Made by a program: the position numbers and the translations under genes. DNA of 41,871 nucleotides. It comes from Pseudomonadales bacterium. GTDB taxonomy: Bacteria; Pseudomonadota; Gammaproteobacteria; Pseudomonadales; JBFGWM01. The first letter of the stretch is position 1. The number at the start of each line of letters is the position of its first letter. Below, one piece after another: positions 26,050 through 35,455 of the stretch. Location: assembly GCA_041623535.1 (NCBI GenBank), contig JBFJWR010000001.1, positions 1-41,871 of the forward strand, written 5' to 3'. The notes under the pieces were generated by a model. That model saw only the letters and a list, made by a program, of their open reading frames with translations. It was not told where the DNA came from and ran no database searches.

Positions 26050-27009
26050 TTAGGGCGGTGGGGAGTCGGGGTCAAATCCTGTTGCACTTTCGCTGCTGTA
26101 AATTTCTCCCTGCAGGGTGCGGCCGTCCATTCGGCGTACGTCCTGCATGGCGGAAATCTTGCCCAGGCGGTAGGCGCGCCGATAGAGTTCGCGCGCGACC
26201 TCGCGCTCTCCGCGCCCCTCCATGAGGCGCGCAGCCTGGAATGCGCCCTCGGCCACCTCCCGGTCGGAGGCCTTTAAAAACTGCTCCAGCGCCTGCCGGG
26301 GATCTTTGCGCACGCCATCACCCACGAGGTAAATAAAGCCCAGCGCCAGGTGGGCGGGGCCGTAACCCTTTTCCGCAGACTGCTGGTAGAGCGTGATTGC
26401 GCGCTCATTATTCGTCGCGTAGACGCGACCCCGGTGGTGCAGGGTGCCAAGGTGGTACATGGCCGGGCCATTGCCCTGTGCCGCGGCATTCTCATAGAGA
26501 CGCGCTGCGCGCATGTAGTTTTGTTGCAGGCCGATGCCATTCTCGTACGACCAGCCCAGGAACAACTGCCCTTCGGCATTGCCGCTTTCGGCGGCCTTGC
26601 GCGCCCAGTGTACGGACAGCGTCGGGTTCGGCTCGACGCCCAGCCCATGGTGATAGCGATGGGCCATTTCGGCCTGGGCGTCGGTATTGCCCAACTTGGC
26701 GGCCGAGTAGTAATGCCTGGCTGCCATGTTCTCGTTTTTTTCCACGCCGGTGCCCGAGGAATATGCCTGGGCAAGACGCAGCAGCGATTTTTCGTGGTGG
26801 GGACTGCCCGCATTAGCGGCGTTCTGTTCCAGCCAGGCGATTGCATCCGCTGCCCGTGGGCCACCGAGTGCGGCATCCGCCTCAATCAGTGAGCCCACCG
26901 AGCCGCGGTATTCAGATGCCGGGGGCTTCTCTGGCGCGCTCCCGCAACCGGGAAGCAGCAGGACGGGCAGAAGTGCCAGGCAGCCCAGCGATGCGAGCCG
27001 CTTATTCAT
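26050..27009 (-). CDS. Sel1-repeat (SLR/TPR-like) lipoprotein
   Basis: The signal peptide has lipobox LLPGC. Repeated Sel1 units follow (AQAEMAHRYHHGLGVEPNPTLSVHWARKAAESGNAEGQLFLGWSYENGIGLQQN...). Its start overlaps the stop of the upstream paralogue by 8 nt. Confidence 0.8.
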   Translation of the reverse strand: MNKRLASLGCLALLPVLLLPGCGSAPEKPPASEYRGSVGSLIEADAALGGPRAADAIAWLEQNAANAGSPHHEKSLLRLAQAYSSGTGVEKNENMAARHYYSAAKLGNTDAQAEMAHRYHHGLGVEPNPTLSVHWARKAAESGNAEGQLFLGWSYENGIGLQQNYMRAARLYENAAAQGNGPAMYHLGTLHHRGRVYATNNERAITLYQQSAEKGYGPAHLALGFIYLVGDGVRKDPRQALEQFLKASDREVAEGAFQAARLMEGRGEREVARELYRRAYRLGKISAMQDVRRMDGRTLQGEIYSSESATGFDPDSPPP

Positions 27010-27940
27010 GGCCGGCCTTTTCGCGGATGCGGGCCAGCGCCTCGCCGGCCTGGGCGATTCCTGCGGCTTCTGCCCGCAGGTAAAGCTGATGGGCGGCTTC
27101 TAGGTCACCGTCGCTCTCCTTCACCTGTCCGAGGAAGAATGCGCCCAGGGGGTGCCCGCGGTCGGCTGCCTTGCTCAGCCAGTCACGCGCCTGTTGCTTG
27201 TCCTGCGGTACCTTTTCGCCCTGGAAGTAGAGCAGGCCCAGCTGGATCTGGGCGGCGGCAAAACCCTTTGCTGCGGATTCGCGGTAGAGATCCAGCGCCC
27301 GGTTGATGTCCTCCGGCACACCATCGCCATTCTGGTACAGCACGGCGAGGTTGTTCTGGGCGATGGGGTCACCGCCCGCGGCCGCTGCCTCGTAGTAGCG
27401 GACGGCCGCGGCCAGGTCTTTCTCAACACCAATGCCGAAATGATGCGCCCAGCCCATGTACTGCTGGCCCTGCGGATTGCCCTGTTCGGCGGCGCGCCCG
27501 GCCCAGTACAAAATCTGATCGGTGTTGCGCTCCACGCCGACCGCGAAATCGTAACGGCGTGCCATTTCCGCCTGCGACTCGGCATCACCGCCATAAGCCG
27601 CAGCACGGATGTAGTCGGAACCGATTTCCAGGTTTTTCTCCACACCCAGACCGCGTGAATACATCACGCCCAGCGCCTTGCTCGCGGCAACCTGGTCGGG
27701 ATGGTCCGGCTGCTCCGCGATGTACTGGAACAGGTCCAGGGCGGCGACATAGTCCCGCTCGTTGAATGCCTGCACGGCGGCGCGCAATTCCTCGCCAACG
27801 GACTGGGGCTGAGCCGGGCTTGCCGGCGACTGGGACGGCTGCGGAGCGCCGGATTCCTGCGTGGGTGCCGCGCAACCCGCCAGCAGCGCGAAGTACAGCG
27901 CTGTGGCAGGCAGGCGGAGCCGGTGTGATATTGCCGCCAT
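27002..27940 (-). CDS. Sel1-repeat (SLR/TPR-like) lipoprotein, paralogue of the downstream gene
   Basis: The lipobox is LLAGC. Sel1 units read SQAEMARRYDFAVGVERNTDQILYWAGRAAEQGNPQGQQYMGWAHHFGIGVEKD... The ATG shares one base with the aminotransferase TGA (TGATG). Confidence 0.8.
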   Translation of the reverse strand: MAAISHRLRLPATALYFALLAGCAAPTQESGAPQPSQSPASPAQPQSVGEELRAAVQAFNERDYVAALDLFQYIAEQPDHPDQVAASKALGVMYSRGLGVEKNLEIGSDYIRAAAYGGDAESQAEMARRYDFAVGVERNTDQILYWAGRAAEQGNPQGQQYMGWAHHFGIGVEKDLAAAVRYYEAAAAGGDPIAQNNLAVLYQNGDGVPEDINRALDLYRESAAKGFAAAQIQLGLLYFQGEKVPQDKQQARDWLSKAADRGHPLGAFFLGQVKESDGDLEAAHQLYLRAEAAGIAQAGEALARIREKAGHE

Positions 27941-29124
27941 CAGGCCAATACTTTGCCGATGCGCGCAATCGCGTCATTCAGCAGTTCCATGCTGGTCGCA
28001 AAAGACAGGCGCATATAGCCCGGCAGTCCGAAAGCGGTGCCCGGCACCAGTGCCACGCCTGCCTGTTCGATCAGGTGCTCTGCCAGGGACAGGTCATCGG
28101 TGGCGGCAGGGCAGGCCTCAATGGCACCCGCAACATTCGGGAACACGTAGAACGTGCCGTCGCCGGCGGCGCAATCAAAGCCGGGCAACCGGTTCAGTCC
28201 GGCCACGACGGCATCATGCCGTTCGCGAAAGGCCTGCAGCATCACCTGCACACACTGCTGGTCGCCATCCAGCGCGGCAACCGCGGCTGCCTGCGAGATC
28301 GACGCCGGGTTGGACGTGCTCTGCGACTGGATCTTTTTCATGGCGCCGATCAGCTTCGCCGGACCACCGGCATAGCCGATGCGCCAGCCGGTCATGGAAT
28401 AGGCCTTGGAGACGCCGTTCAGCACGATGGTCCGGTCATAAAGTTCCGGGCAGGCCATGACGATGTTGGAAAACGACTCCTCGGTCCAGAGGATGTGCTC
28501 GTACATGTCATCGGTGGCGATCAGGATATCGGGATATTCGAGCAGTACTTCGGCAAGCGCCCGCCATTCCGCACGGGAATAGGCCATGCCGGACGGATTC
28601 GATGGACTGTTGAGCACCAGCATACGGGTGCGCGGCGTAATGGCCGCCCGCAACTGCTCCGGCGTGATCTTGAAGCGCTGCTCCTGGCCGGCGGCGACGA
28701 TGACGGGCACGCCCTCGGCGATCAGCACCATGTCCGGGTAGGAAACCCAGTAGGGGGCCGGGATGATCACCTCATCGCCCGGGTTCAGCAGCGCCAGCGC
28801 CAGGTTGAAGAAGCTCTGCTTGCCACCACAGGAAACCAGGATCTGGTTGGGTTCGTAGCGCAACTGGTTGTCACGTTCGAACTTGCGGATGATGGCCTGC
28901 TTGAGCTCCGGCGTGCCATCAACGGCAGTGTACTTGGTTTTTCCATCGCGGATGGCCTGCATGGCCGCTTCCTTGATGTGGTCCGGCGTATCGAAATCGG
29001 GCTCGCCAGCGCCCAGCCCGATAATGTTCTGGCCGGCCGCGCGTAATTCCGCGGCACGCGCGGTTACGGCGAGGGTGGGGGACGGTTTGATCGACTGGGC
29101 ACGGGAAGACAGGTGGATTTCCAC
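27940..29124 (-). CDS. Class-I pyridoxal-phosphate aminotransferase (aspartate/aromatic/prephenate type)
   Basis: It carries SPTLAVTARAAELRAAGQNIIGLGAGEPDFDTP, LNSPSNPSGM and the PLP-lysine motif NGVSKAYSMTGWRIGY. The GTG start at 29124 lies 7 nt after GGAG. The longer track ORF (to 29202) is rejected. Confidence 0.85.
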   Translation of the reverse strand: MEIHLSSRAQSIKPSPTLAVTARAAELRAAGQNIIGLGAGEPDFDTPDHIKEAAMQAIRDGKTKYTAVDGTPELKQAIIRKFERDNQLRYEPNQILVSCGGKQSFFNLALALLNPGDEVIIPAPYWVSYPDMVLIAEGVPVIVAAGQEQRFKITPEQLRAAITPRTRMLVLNSPSNPSGMAYSRAEWRALAEVLLEYPDILIATDDMYEHILWTEESFSNIVMACPELYDRTIVLNGVSKAYSMTGWRIGYAGGPAKLIGAMKKIQSQSTSNPASISQAAAVAALDGDQQCVQVMLQAFRERHDAVVAGLNRLPGFDCAAGDGTFYVFPNVAGAIEACPAATDDLSLAEHLIEQAGVALVPGTAFGLPGYMRLSFATSMELLNDAIARIGKVLA

Positions 29125-29166
29125 GAAACGACTCCAGGGAAATGATTCAGGGCACAAGTGCATCAG

Positions 29167-29172
29167 TATAAT
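29167..29172 (+). promoter_or_regulatory. Candidate sigma70 -10 box for uvrB
   Basis: A perfect TATAAT lies 40 nt upstream of the uvrB ATG. It is bracketed by direct GTGCAT repeats at 29158-29163 and 29176-29181. I found no convincing -35 and no CTGT-N8-ACAG LexA box. Confidence 0.3.
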
Positions 29173-29211
29173 ACGGTGCATCCCGCAACGCAGCGAAGGC
29201 AATCAACACGC

Positions 29212-31263
29212 ATGGGCAGATCCCGCACCGAGCGCGAATTCGAGCTGGTATCCGACTACCAGCCCGCTGGCGACCAGCCGGCCGCTATCGCGGGCCTGAT
29301 CGAAGGTCTGCGCGACGGCCTGGCCTCGCAGACCCTGCTGGGGGTCACGGGCTCCGGTAAAACCTTCTCGGTGGCCCACGTGATTGCTGAAATGAAGCGC
29401 CCGACGCTGGTCATGGCCCCCAACAAGACGCTCGCCGCGCAGTTATATGGTGAATTCCGGGAGTTTTTTCCGAATAACGCCGTGGAGTATTTCGTTTCCT
29501 ATTACGACTACTACCAGCCCGAGGCCTACGTGCCGTCCTCAGACACCTTCATCGAGAAAGACGCCTCGGTGAACGAGCATATTGAACAGATGCGCCTTTC
29601 GGCCACCAAGGCGCTGGTGGAGCGGCGTGACGCCATTGTCATATCGACGGTTTCCTGCATCTACGGTCTGGGCGACCCGGAGCTGTACCTGAAAATGGTG
29701 CTGCATATCGTGCGCGGCGACCGTATCGACCAGCGCAGCATGCTGCGCCGGCTGGCTGAATTGCAGTACAAGCGCAATGAATTCGAGCTGGCGCGCGGCA
29801 CCTACCGGGTCAAGGGGGATGTCATCGACATCTTTCCGGCCGACGAGGAGCGGGACGCCATTCGGGTGTCGCTGTTTGATGACGAGGTCGAAGATATCGC
29901 GTTTTTCGATCCGTTGACCGGTGAGATTCTGCAGCGCCTGGCGCGGGTGACGATCTATCCGAAGTCCCACTACGTAACGCCGCGCGAAACGATACTCAGG
30001 GCCATAGACCAGATCAAGGATGAACTGAAAGAGCGACTGGAGCAGTTGCACAGCAACCACAAACTGGTGGAGGCCCAGCGCCTGGGTGAACGCACGCGCT
30101 TTGACCTCGAAATGATGCAGGAACTGGGGTACTGCTCCGGCATCGAAAACTACTCGCGCTACCTGTCCGGCCGCAATCCCGGTGAGCCGCCGCCGACCCT
30201 GTTTGACTACCTGCCAGCCGACGGCCTGCTGTTTATCGACGAATCACATGTCACGGTGCCGCAGGTTGGCGCCATGTACAAAGGCGACCGTTCCCGCAAG
30301 GAGACCCTGGTCGAGTACGGCTTCCGCCTCCCTTCGGCACTCGACAACCGCCCATTGCGCTTCGATGAGTGGGAGAATCTCGCGCCGCAGATGATTTTCG
30401 TATCGGCCACACCCGGAAACTACGAAAAAGAGCATGCCGGGGCACAGGTCGAGCAGGTTGTGCGACCCACGGGGCTGGTGGACCCGATTGTCGAGGTGCG
30501 GCCGGCGGAAACCCAGGTGGATGACCTGCTGTCGGAAATTCGCGCACGGGTGGCGGTGGAAGATCGCGTGCTGGTGACCACGCTGACCAAGCGGATGGCG
30601 GAAGACCTGACCGATTACCTGTCTGAACACGATGTGCGGGTGCGCTATCTGCACTCAGACATCGACACGGTGGAACGCGTCGAGATCATCCGCGACCTGC
30701 GACTGGGCAAGTTCGACGTGCTGGTGGGCATCAACCTGCTGCGCGAAGGGCTGGATATGCCAGAAGTTTCGCTGGTGGCCATACTCGATGCCGACAAAGA
30801 GGGCTTCCTGCGTTCCGACCGCTCGCTGATACAGACGATTGGTCGCGCCGCGCGCAATCTCAATGGCAGGGCCATCCTGTACGCCGACAAGATCACCGGT
30901 TCAATGGAGCGGGCCATGGGGGAAACCGACCGCCGCCGCGAGCGACAGGTCGCCCATAACCTGGAGCATGGCATCACGCCGGTCGGGGTCAGCAAGTCGG
31001 TGGCAGACGTACTCGAGGGCGCGATGACCAGTGTCCCGGTGCGTGGCCGCAAGGGGCGGGACACGCGACCGGCGCCCCTGCGCGAGGTGGCCGAGGCCGA
31101 AGCCCTTTATGCCGAGGATGATCCGATCCGCCTCGGTCGCCTGATAGAGCAACTGGAAAAGAAAATGCATCAGCATGCGCGGGACCTGGAATTCGAGGAG
31201 GCGGCGCGGGTGCGGGACCAGGTGTCCATTTTGCGGGACAAGGTGTTCGGCATGGTGGGTTAG
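29212..31263 (+). CDS. uvrB: Excinuclease ABC subunit B
   Basis: The match to UvrB runs full length: [12 protein letters not shown], Walker [58 protein letters not shown] and the C-terminal UVR motif ([16 protein letters not shown]). The start is the ATG at 29212. Confidence 0.95.
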   Translation: MGRSRTEREFELVSDYQPAGDQPAAIAGLIEGLRDGLASQTLLGVTGSGKTFSVAHVIAEMKRPTLVMAPNKTLAAQLYGEFREFFPNNAVEYFVSYYDYYQPEAYVPSSDTFIEKDASVNEHIEQMRLSATKALVERRDAIVISTVSCIYGLGDPELYLKMVLHIVRGDRIDQRSMLRRLAELQYKRNEFELARGTYRVKGDVIDIFPADEERDAIRVSLFDDEVEDIAFFDPLTGEILQRLARVTIYPKSHYVTPRETILRAIDQIKDELKERLEQLHSNHKLVEAQRLGERTRFDLEMMQELGYCSGIENYSRYLSGRNPGEPPPTLFDYLPADGLLFIDESHVTVPQVGAMYKGDRSRKETLVEYGFRLPSALDNRPLRFDEWENLAPQMIFVSATPGNYEKEHAGAQVEQVVRPTGLVDPIVEVRPAETQVDDLLSEIRARVAVEDRVLVTTLTKRMAEDLTDYLSEHDVRVRYLHSDIDTVERVEIIRDLRLGKFDVLVGINLLREGLDMPEVSLVAILDADKEGFLRSDRSLIQTIGRAARNLNGRAILYADKITGSMERAMGETDRRRERQVAHNLEHGITPVGVSKSVADVLEGAMTSVPVRGRKGRDTRPAPLREVAEAEALYAEDDPIRLGRLIEQLEKKMHQHARDLEFEEAARVRDQVSILRDKVFGMVG

Positions 31264-31302
31264 CGGCGCTGGCCGGCCCGGTGGGCTGGCTTCAGGTGAT
31301 CT

Positions 31303-33378
31303 TTACTTCCGCAACAGGTCAACCAGTTTCTCGATCAGCAGGTCTTCGTTGATCGGTTTACTGATGTAGGCATCGGCTCCCGCTTCCATGCAGGCGTTGC
31401 CGTCGTCTTCCATGGCCCGCGCGGTACAGGCGATCACGGGTAAGTCGCGTAACCGCTCATCCTTGCGAATTTCCCGTATCAGTCCCAGGCCATCCAGGTT
31501 GGGCATCATGATGTCCGTAAGGACAAGGTCAACCTCACCTGGTTGGGCTTCCAGCAGGATCAGTGCCTTGAAGCCATCAGCCGCTTTCAGAATTTTCATG
31601 CCGTGCGAGCGTAGCAGCACTGCCAGTGCGAACACATTACGCATGTCATCATCGACGACCAGAACGGTGCGGTCTTTGAGGATGTCGTTGGTCGGGATTT
31701 TGCGAATCGGCGCAGGCGCCTTCGGCCGCTCATCACTCTTCTTTCGGCTACCAATCGGGCTGGTCGAGGCAGATTGGTCATGCGTCTCGGTGGCAATATT
31801 CAACGGCACAGTAAACGTAAAACAACTGCCACCGTCATCAGGATTCTCGATCGCGATGTCGCCCCCCATCGCCCGCGCCAGTTTGCGCGAAATCGTCAGT
31901 CCGAGGCCGGTGCCGCCGTACTTTCGCGTGGAACTGCCGTCGGCCTGCTCAAAGGGCATGAAAATACGATCCTGCTCCGCGGTCGGAATTCCGATGCCGG
32001 TATCGCGAACACTGAAACAAAGGCGCGGATAACTAGCCGTGGCGGCGCCGACCGCCGTGGATGGTGCATTTTCATGCCATACATCGACCACCACCTTGCC
32101 TTGATCCGTAAACTTGAGCGCGTTGCTGATCAGGTTGCCGAGCACCTGTTCAACGCGGGAGCGATCCAGTTCAACGTGCTCCGGCAGATTGGGTGACAGG
32201 CTGAAATTGAAGTACAGCTCTTTCTGCCGGGCGATGGGCTCATAGCGACGGGACAGGGTTGCGCACATCAGGTCCAGTGCAACGGGCTCTTCGTTCAATT
32301 CGATGCGCCCGGACTCCACCTTGGCGAGGTCGAGGATCTCGTTGATCAGGCTCAACAGCAATTGGCCGGATTCGTGCACCATACGTGCATTTTCAACATC
32401 GGCGTCACACAGGTTGCCGTCTTCATTGCGCGCGAGCAGGCCCGAGAGCACCAGCATGGCATTCAGGGGGGTGCGCAGTTCGTGCGACATATTGGCCAGG
32501 AACTCGGTCTTCGCCTTGTTGGCGGTTTCAGCCTCCAGGGCCCGGGCCTCTGCGATCGAACGGGCCTCCTTCAGTTGTCGGCTGGTTTCCGACAGTTCTT
32601 CAATGGCCGCCTGCAGTTCTTCGTTGGTTGCGTGCATCTCTTCATTGGTAGCCTGCAGTGCTTCATTGCTGCACTGCAGTTGTTCCTCAATGAACAGGTG
32701 TTCCGTCACGTCCTGGAAGGAAACCAGCAGGCAGTTTTCATGATTCCACAATACTTCGGAGACCCGGTACTGCAGCGTACGGCCATCAATGCTCTGCAAA
32801 TGGCGTGTCTCTGTGCCGATCGGAATGCCAAACTCTGCGCCGATGGGAAGGCCGCCGGCACCGGCGAACATCTTGTTGGCGGCGGGATTAACGAAACGCA
32901 CAATGCCAGTGCCGCTGACAACCACGGTTCCGGATGGATTGAAATTGAGCACCTGCGCGAGGTTGCGGTAATTCCGGAAGCGTTCGATGGCGCTGGTAAT
33001 GCGCAGCAACAGTTCCAGTGGATGCGGGTTGTGGACTATCCAGTCCTTGGTGATGTAGTCCTGAGAGCCTGTACCCCGCACCTGCTCGAGAACATTCGGG
33101 TCATCCAGGCGGCTGATCACAATGACCGGAATGTTCGGTGCAACTTCAGAGAGCATGTCGAGCACTTCGAAATTCTGCGCGTCAGGCAGGTTCAGATCGG
33201 CCAGGATTGCATCCGGGCGGTAGTCGTTACCCATCAATTCCCTGGATGCTAACGCCAGGGTGCTGGCAGTCTTGATGGATTTTGCGTCGAGAAACTGCTC
33301 AAGGCGTTCACATATGAGCCGTTGGTCATCCTGATCGTCTTCGATCAGGAAAATCTGCATGTCACTTTCGGAATTCAT
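31303..33378 (-). CDS. Hybrid sensor histidine kinase (REC-PAS-coiled coil-HisKA-HATPase-REC)
   Basis: The N-terminal REC shows IFLIEDDQDD...ILADLNLPD. An NEEL-type coiled coil follows (LQATNEEMHATNEELQAAIEEL). The H-box is MSHELRTPLNAM and the G-box is GGTGLGLTISRKLA. The C-terminal REC shows VLVVDDDMRN...VLTDIMMPNLDG. Confidence 0.85.
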   Translation of the reverse strand: MNSESDMQIFLIEDDQDDQRLICERLEQFLDAKSIKTASTLALASRELMGNDYRPDAILADLNLPDAQNFEVLDMLSEVAPNIPVIVISRLDDPNVLEQVRGTGSQDYITKDWIVHNPHPLELLLRITSAIERFRNYRNLAQVLNFNPSGTVVVSGTGIVRFVNPAANKMFAGAGGLPIGAEFGIPIGTETRHLQSIDGRTLQYRVSEVLWNHENCLLVSFQDVTEHLFIEEQLQCSNEALQATNEEMHATNEELQAAIEELSETSRQLKEARSIAEARALEAETANKAKTEFLANMSHELRTPLNAMLVLSGLLARNEDGNLCDADVENARMVHESGQLLLSLINEILDLAKVESGRIELNEEPVALDLMCATLSRRYEPIARQKELYFNFSLSPNLPEHVELDRSRVEQVLGNLISNALKFTDQGKVVVDVWHENAPSTAVGAATASYPRLCFSVRDTGIGIPTAEQDRIFMPFEQADGSSTRKYGGTGLGLTISRKLARAMGGDIAIENPDDGGSCFTFTVPLNIATETHDQSASTSPIGSRKKSDERPKAPAPIRKIPTNDILKDRTVLVVDDDMRNVFALAVLLRSHGMKILKAADGFKALILLEAQPGEVDLVLTDIMMPNLDGLGLIREIRKDERLRDLPVIACTARAMEDDGNACMEAGADAYISKPINEDLLIEKLVDLLRK

Positions 33379-33518
33379 ACAGTTCCAGCAGGTGGGTTAC
33401 ATGGTGGCGACCGGCCGAAAAAAGGCCACGTCCTTGACTGGCCACATTCTAGCCTGTTTTCCATGTGACTATACTCAGCAGCCAGAATATCCGGAAATCT
33501 GACTGGGGCTTTCGATTC

Positions 33519-34730
33519 ATGAATATGCAGGAACTCGCGCAGTACGAGAAGGACGGCGAATACGAGCGATTGATCGCAGCGGTGCGCGAGGCCGTCGCCG
33601 CCGATCGCGGTGTGTTCGCCGACCCGTGGCTGAAGGGCTGGTGCGGCCGGCGCTGGCGCAATATCTTCATCAGCCTGGCGGCAGAGGATGAGGCGGCAGT
33701 GGCCACCGCGACCGCGAAACTCAAGCTGGGCCGCGACAGCCGTCCGGCACGGCAGCGGATTGCAGAACGTTTTCTCAAGGGCGATGCCCTTCGCGAGTGG
33801 GATGTGGACATGCCCGAGGCGCTGGCGCCGCCTTTGGCCAAAACCAGCATGGTGTTCGCGCCGGGCCTGATCAACGGTGTGTTACCGGTGCGGGCGTTTA
33901 CCGAGGAGTTTCCGCGTGTCTGCAAAGAGCATGGCTGGCGCATCCTGCGGGCGGACTGTCACCCGATGCGCAGCTGTGAAGCGAACATGGCTGATATCGA
34001 CGCCGCCGTGCAGTCCGGTCACGGTGAGGCCCCGGATAATTCCCGTATTGACCCGGCCGACGCCGAGGCGCCCGGTGACCTGTTTTTCATGGGTTACAGC
34101 AAGGGCGTGCCGGATATTCTGACCTACCTCGTCCATCACCCGGAATTGCGCGATCGCGTGCGCTGCGTGATCAACTGGGCCGGCGCCGTGGGTGGTTCCT
34201 ACATGGCGGACGATATCCACGAGAACATCCGTGAAATGCCACTGGAGTCCGTGACCCAGCGCATCGACAGCGTGCTGCACATGATTGCGCCGGAACTGCG
34301 CGTCGAGGGTACCCTGCGGCGCATGGACGAGTGGGACATAAAAGGGGCGATTGAGGATCTGACCACCTGGAAGCGCGCCGCCTTCATGGAAGAACATGGC
34401 GAGGCCTTCGATGCCCTGAAGATTCCGGTGTTCAATTTCACCGGTGCCACCACCGTTTTCGAAGTGCCGTACTTCCAGATGCGCGACTACATGAACCTGG
34501 CCAAGTATGACGCCAACAACGACATGCAGGTCACGACCGAGCAGGCCCGCGTTCATTCCCGCCTGTCGGTGGATGTGGCCATGTTGCGTGGCCATCACTG
34601 GGATCTGTCTTACGGGCCTTTCCCCAAGCTGCAACGCATGGGCTCACCCAACCTCGACCATCCATTTCCGCGCCATGCGGCCGTGGAAGCCCATTTCCGG
34701 TTTCTCGCGGAACTCGGGCTGATCGATTAG
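33519..34730 (+). CDS. Hypothetical alpha/beta-hydrolase-like protein (putative esterase/lipase)
   Basis: The start is the ATG at 33519. It has a nucleophile-elbow-like FFMGYSKGVPD (GxSxG), then candidate acid and base residues NNDMQV and RGHHWDL. I recognise no family. Confidence 0.45.
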   Translation: MNMQELAQYEKDGEYERLIAAVREAVAADRGVFADPWLKGWCGRRWRNIFISLAAEDEAAVATATAKLKLGRDSRPARQRIAERFLKGDALREWDVDMPEALAPPLAKTSMVFAPGLINGVLPVRAFTEEFPRVCKEHGWRILRADCHPMRSCEANMADIDAAVQSGHGEAPDNSRIDPADAEAPGDLFFMGYSKGVPDILTYLVHHPELRDRVRCVINWAGAVGGSYMADDIHENIREMPLESVTQRIDSVLHMIAPELRVEGTLRRMDEWDIKGAIEDLTTWKRAAFMEEHGEAFDALKIPVFNFTGATTVFEVPYFQMRDYMNLAKYDANNDMQVTTEQARVHSRLSVDVAMLRGHHWDLSYGPFPKLQRMGSPNLDHPFPRHAAVEAHFRFLAELGLID

Positions 34731-34751
34731 CCGGTAATCGTCACGCCACGC

Positions 34752-34776
34752 GGGGCTGCCACGGGCGGGCAGCCCC
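34752..34776. terminator. GC-rich hairpin between convergent genes (possible bidirectional terminator, no U-tract)
   Basis: GGGGCTGCC-acgggcg-GGCAGCCCC forms a perfect 9-bp stem in the 66-nt spacer between the stops at 34730 and 34797. Confidence 0.3.
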
Positions 34777-34796
34777 GGCAGCCACGTCATCGGGAA

Positions 34797-35393
34797 TTAC
34801 TTGCTGATCGGCAGGCGTTGCATGGAGCGGATGATCACCGGCGTATTCGGCACGTTGGCGTGCGGCCCGGCGCGGTGGGTCGGCAGGCCGGCGATGGTGT
34901 CCACCACGTCCATACCTTCGCTGACCTTGCCGAACACGGCGTAGCCGAAATCACGGGCTCCGTGGTTGAGGAAGGTGTTGTGCTTCAGGTTGATGAAGAA
35001 CTGGGCAGTGGCGCTGTTGATATCACCGGTGCGGGCCATGGCGATCGTACCGCGTCCGTTCAGCAGTCCGTTGTTCGCCTCGTTGCGAATCGGCGCCCGG
35101 GTTTTCCGCTTGTTGAAGTCATTGTCGAAGCCGCCGCCCTGGATCATGAAGTCCGGGATGACCCGGTGAAAAATCAACCCGTTGTAAAAGTTGCTGTCGA
35201 CGTACTCGAGGAAGTTGCTCACCGTCACCGGTGCCAGGTCCGGGAACAGTTCCAGGGTCAGGTCGCCGTGGCTGGTTGAGACGAGGACCAGCACCGGAGC
35301 GGGTGTTGCGTCTGCCTTCGGCGCGTCGCCGGTGCCGGCGGCGAGGGCTGGTCCGGCCAGCAGCAGCACCAGTAGCCCCATGGATCTGATCAT
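34797..35393 (-). CDS. ppiA: Periplasmic cyclophilin-type peptidyl-prolyl cis-trans isomerase
   Basis: It carries [37 protein letters not shown] and YAVFGKV, with signal peptide [19 protein letters not shown] prefer the ATG at 35393 to the TTG at 35414. Confidence 0.85.
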   Translation of the reverse strand: MIRSMGLLVLLLAGPALAAGTGDAPKADATPAPVLVLVSTSHGDLTLELFPDLAPVTVSNFLEYVDSNFYNGLIFHRVIPDFMIQGGGFDNDFNKRKTRAPIRNEANNGLLNGRGTIAMARTGDINSATAQFFINLKHNTFLNHGARDFGYAVFGKVSEGMDVVDTIAGLPTHRAGPHANVPNTPVIIRSMQRLPISK

Positions 35394-35455
35394 TGCGAGA
35401 TTCGATACGTTCAAAATCGGCCCCTTGACTGAATTACGAATGGCGAACGCCTATC

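Noticed and set aside
29125-29211. I looked for a LexA/SOS box upstream of uvrB.
   Set aside because: No CTGT-N8-ACAG-type palindrome is present. Only a TATAAT flanked by GTGCAT direct repeats was found.
31264-31302. A GC-rich imperfect hairpin (GCCGGCCC-ggt-GGGCTGGC) lies between uvrB and the hybrid kinase.
   Set aside because: The stem has a mismatch, the loop is only 3 nt, and there is no U-tract. This is insufficient to call a terminator.
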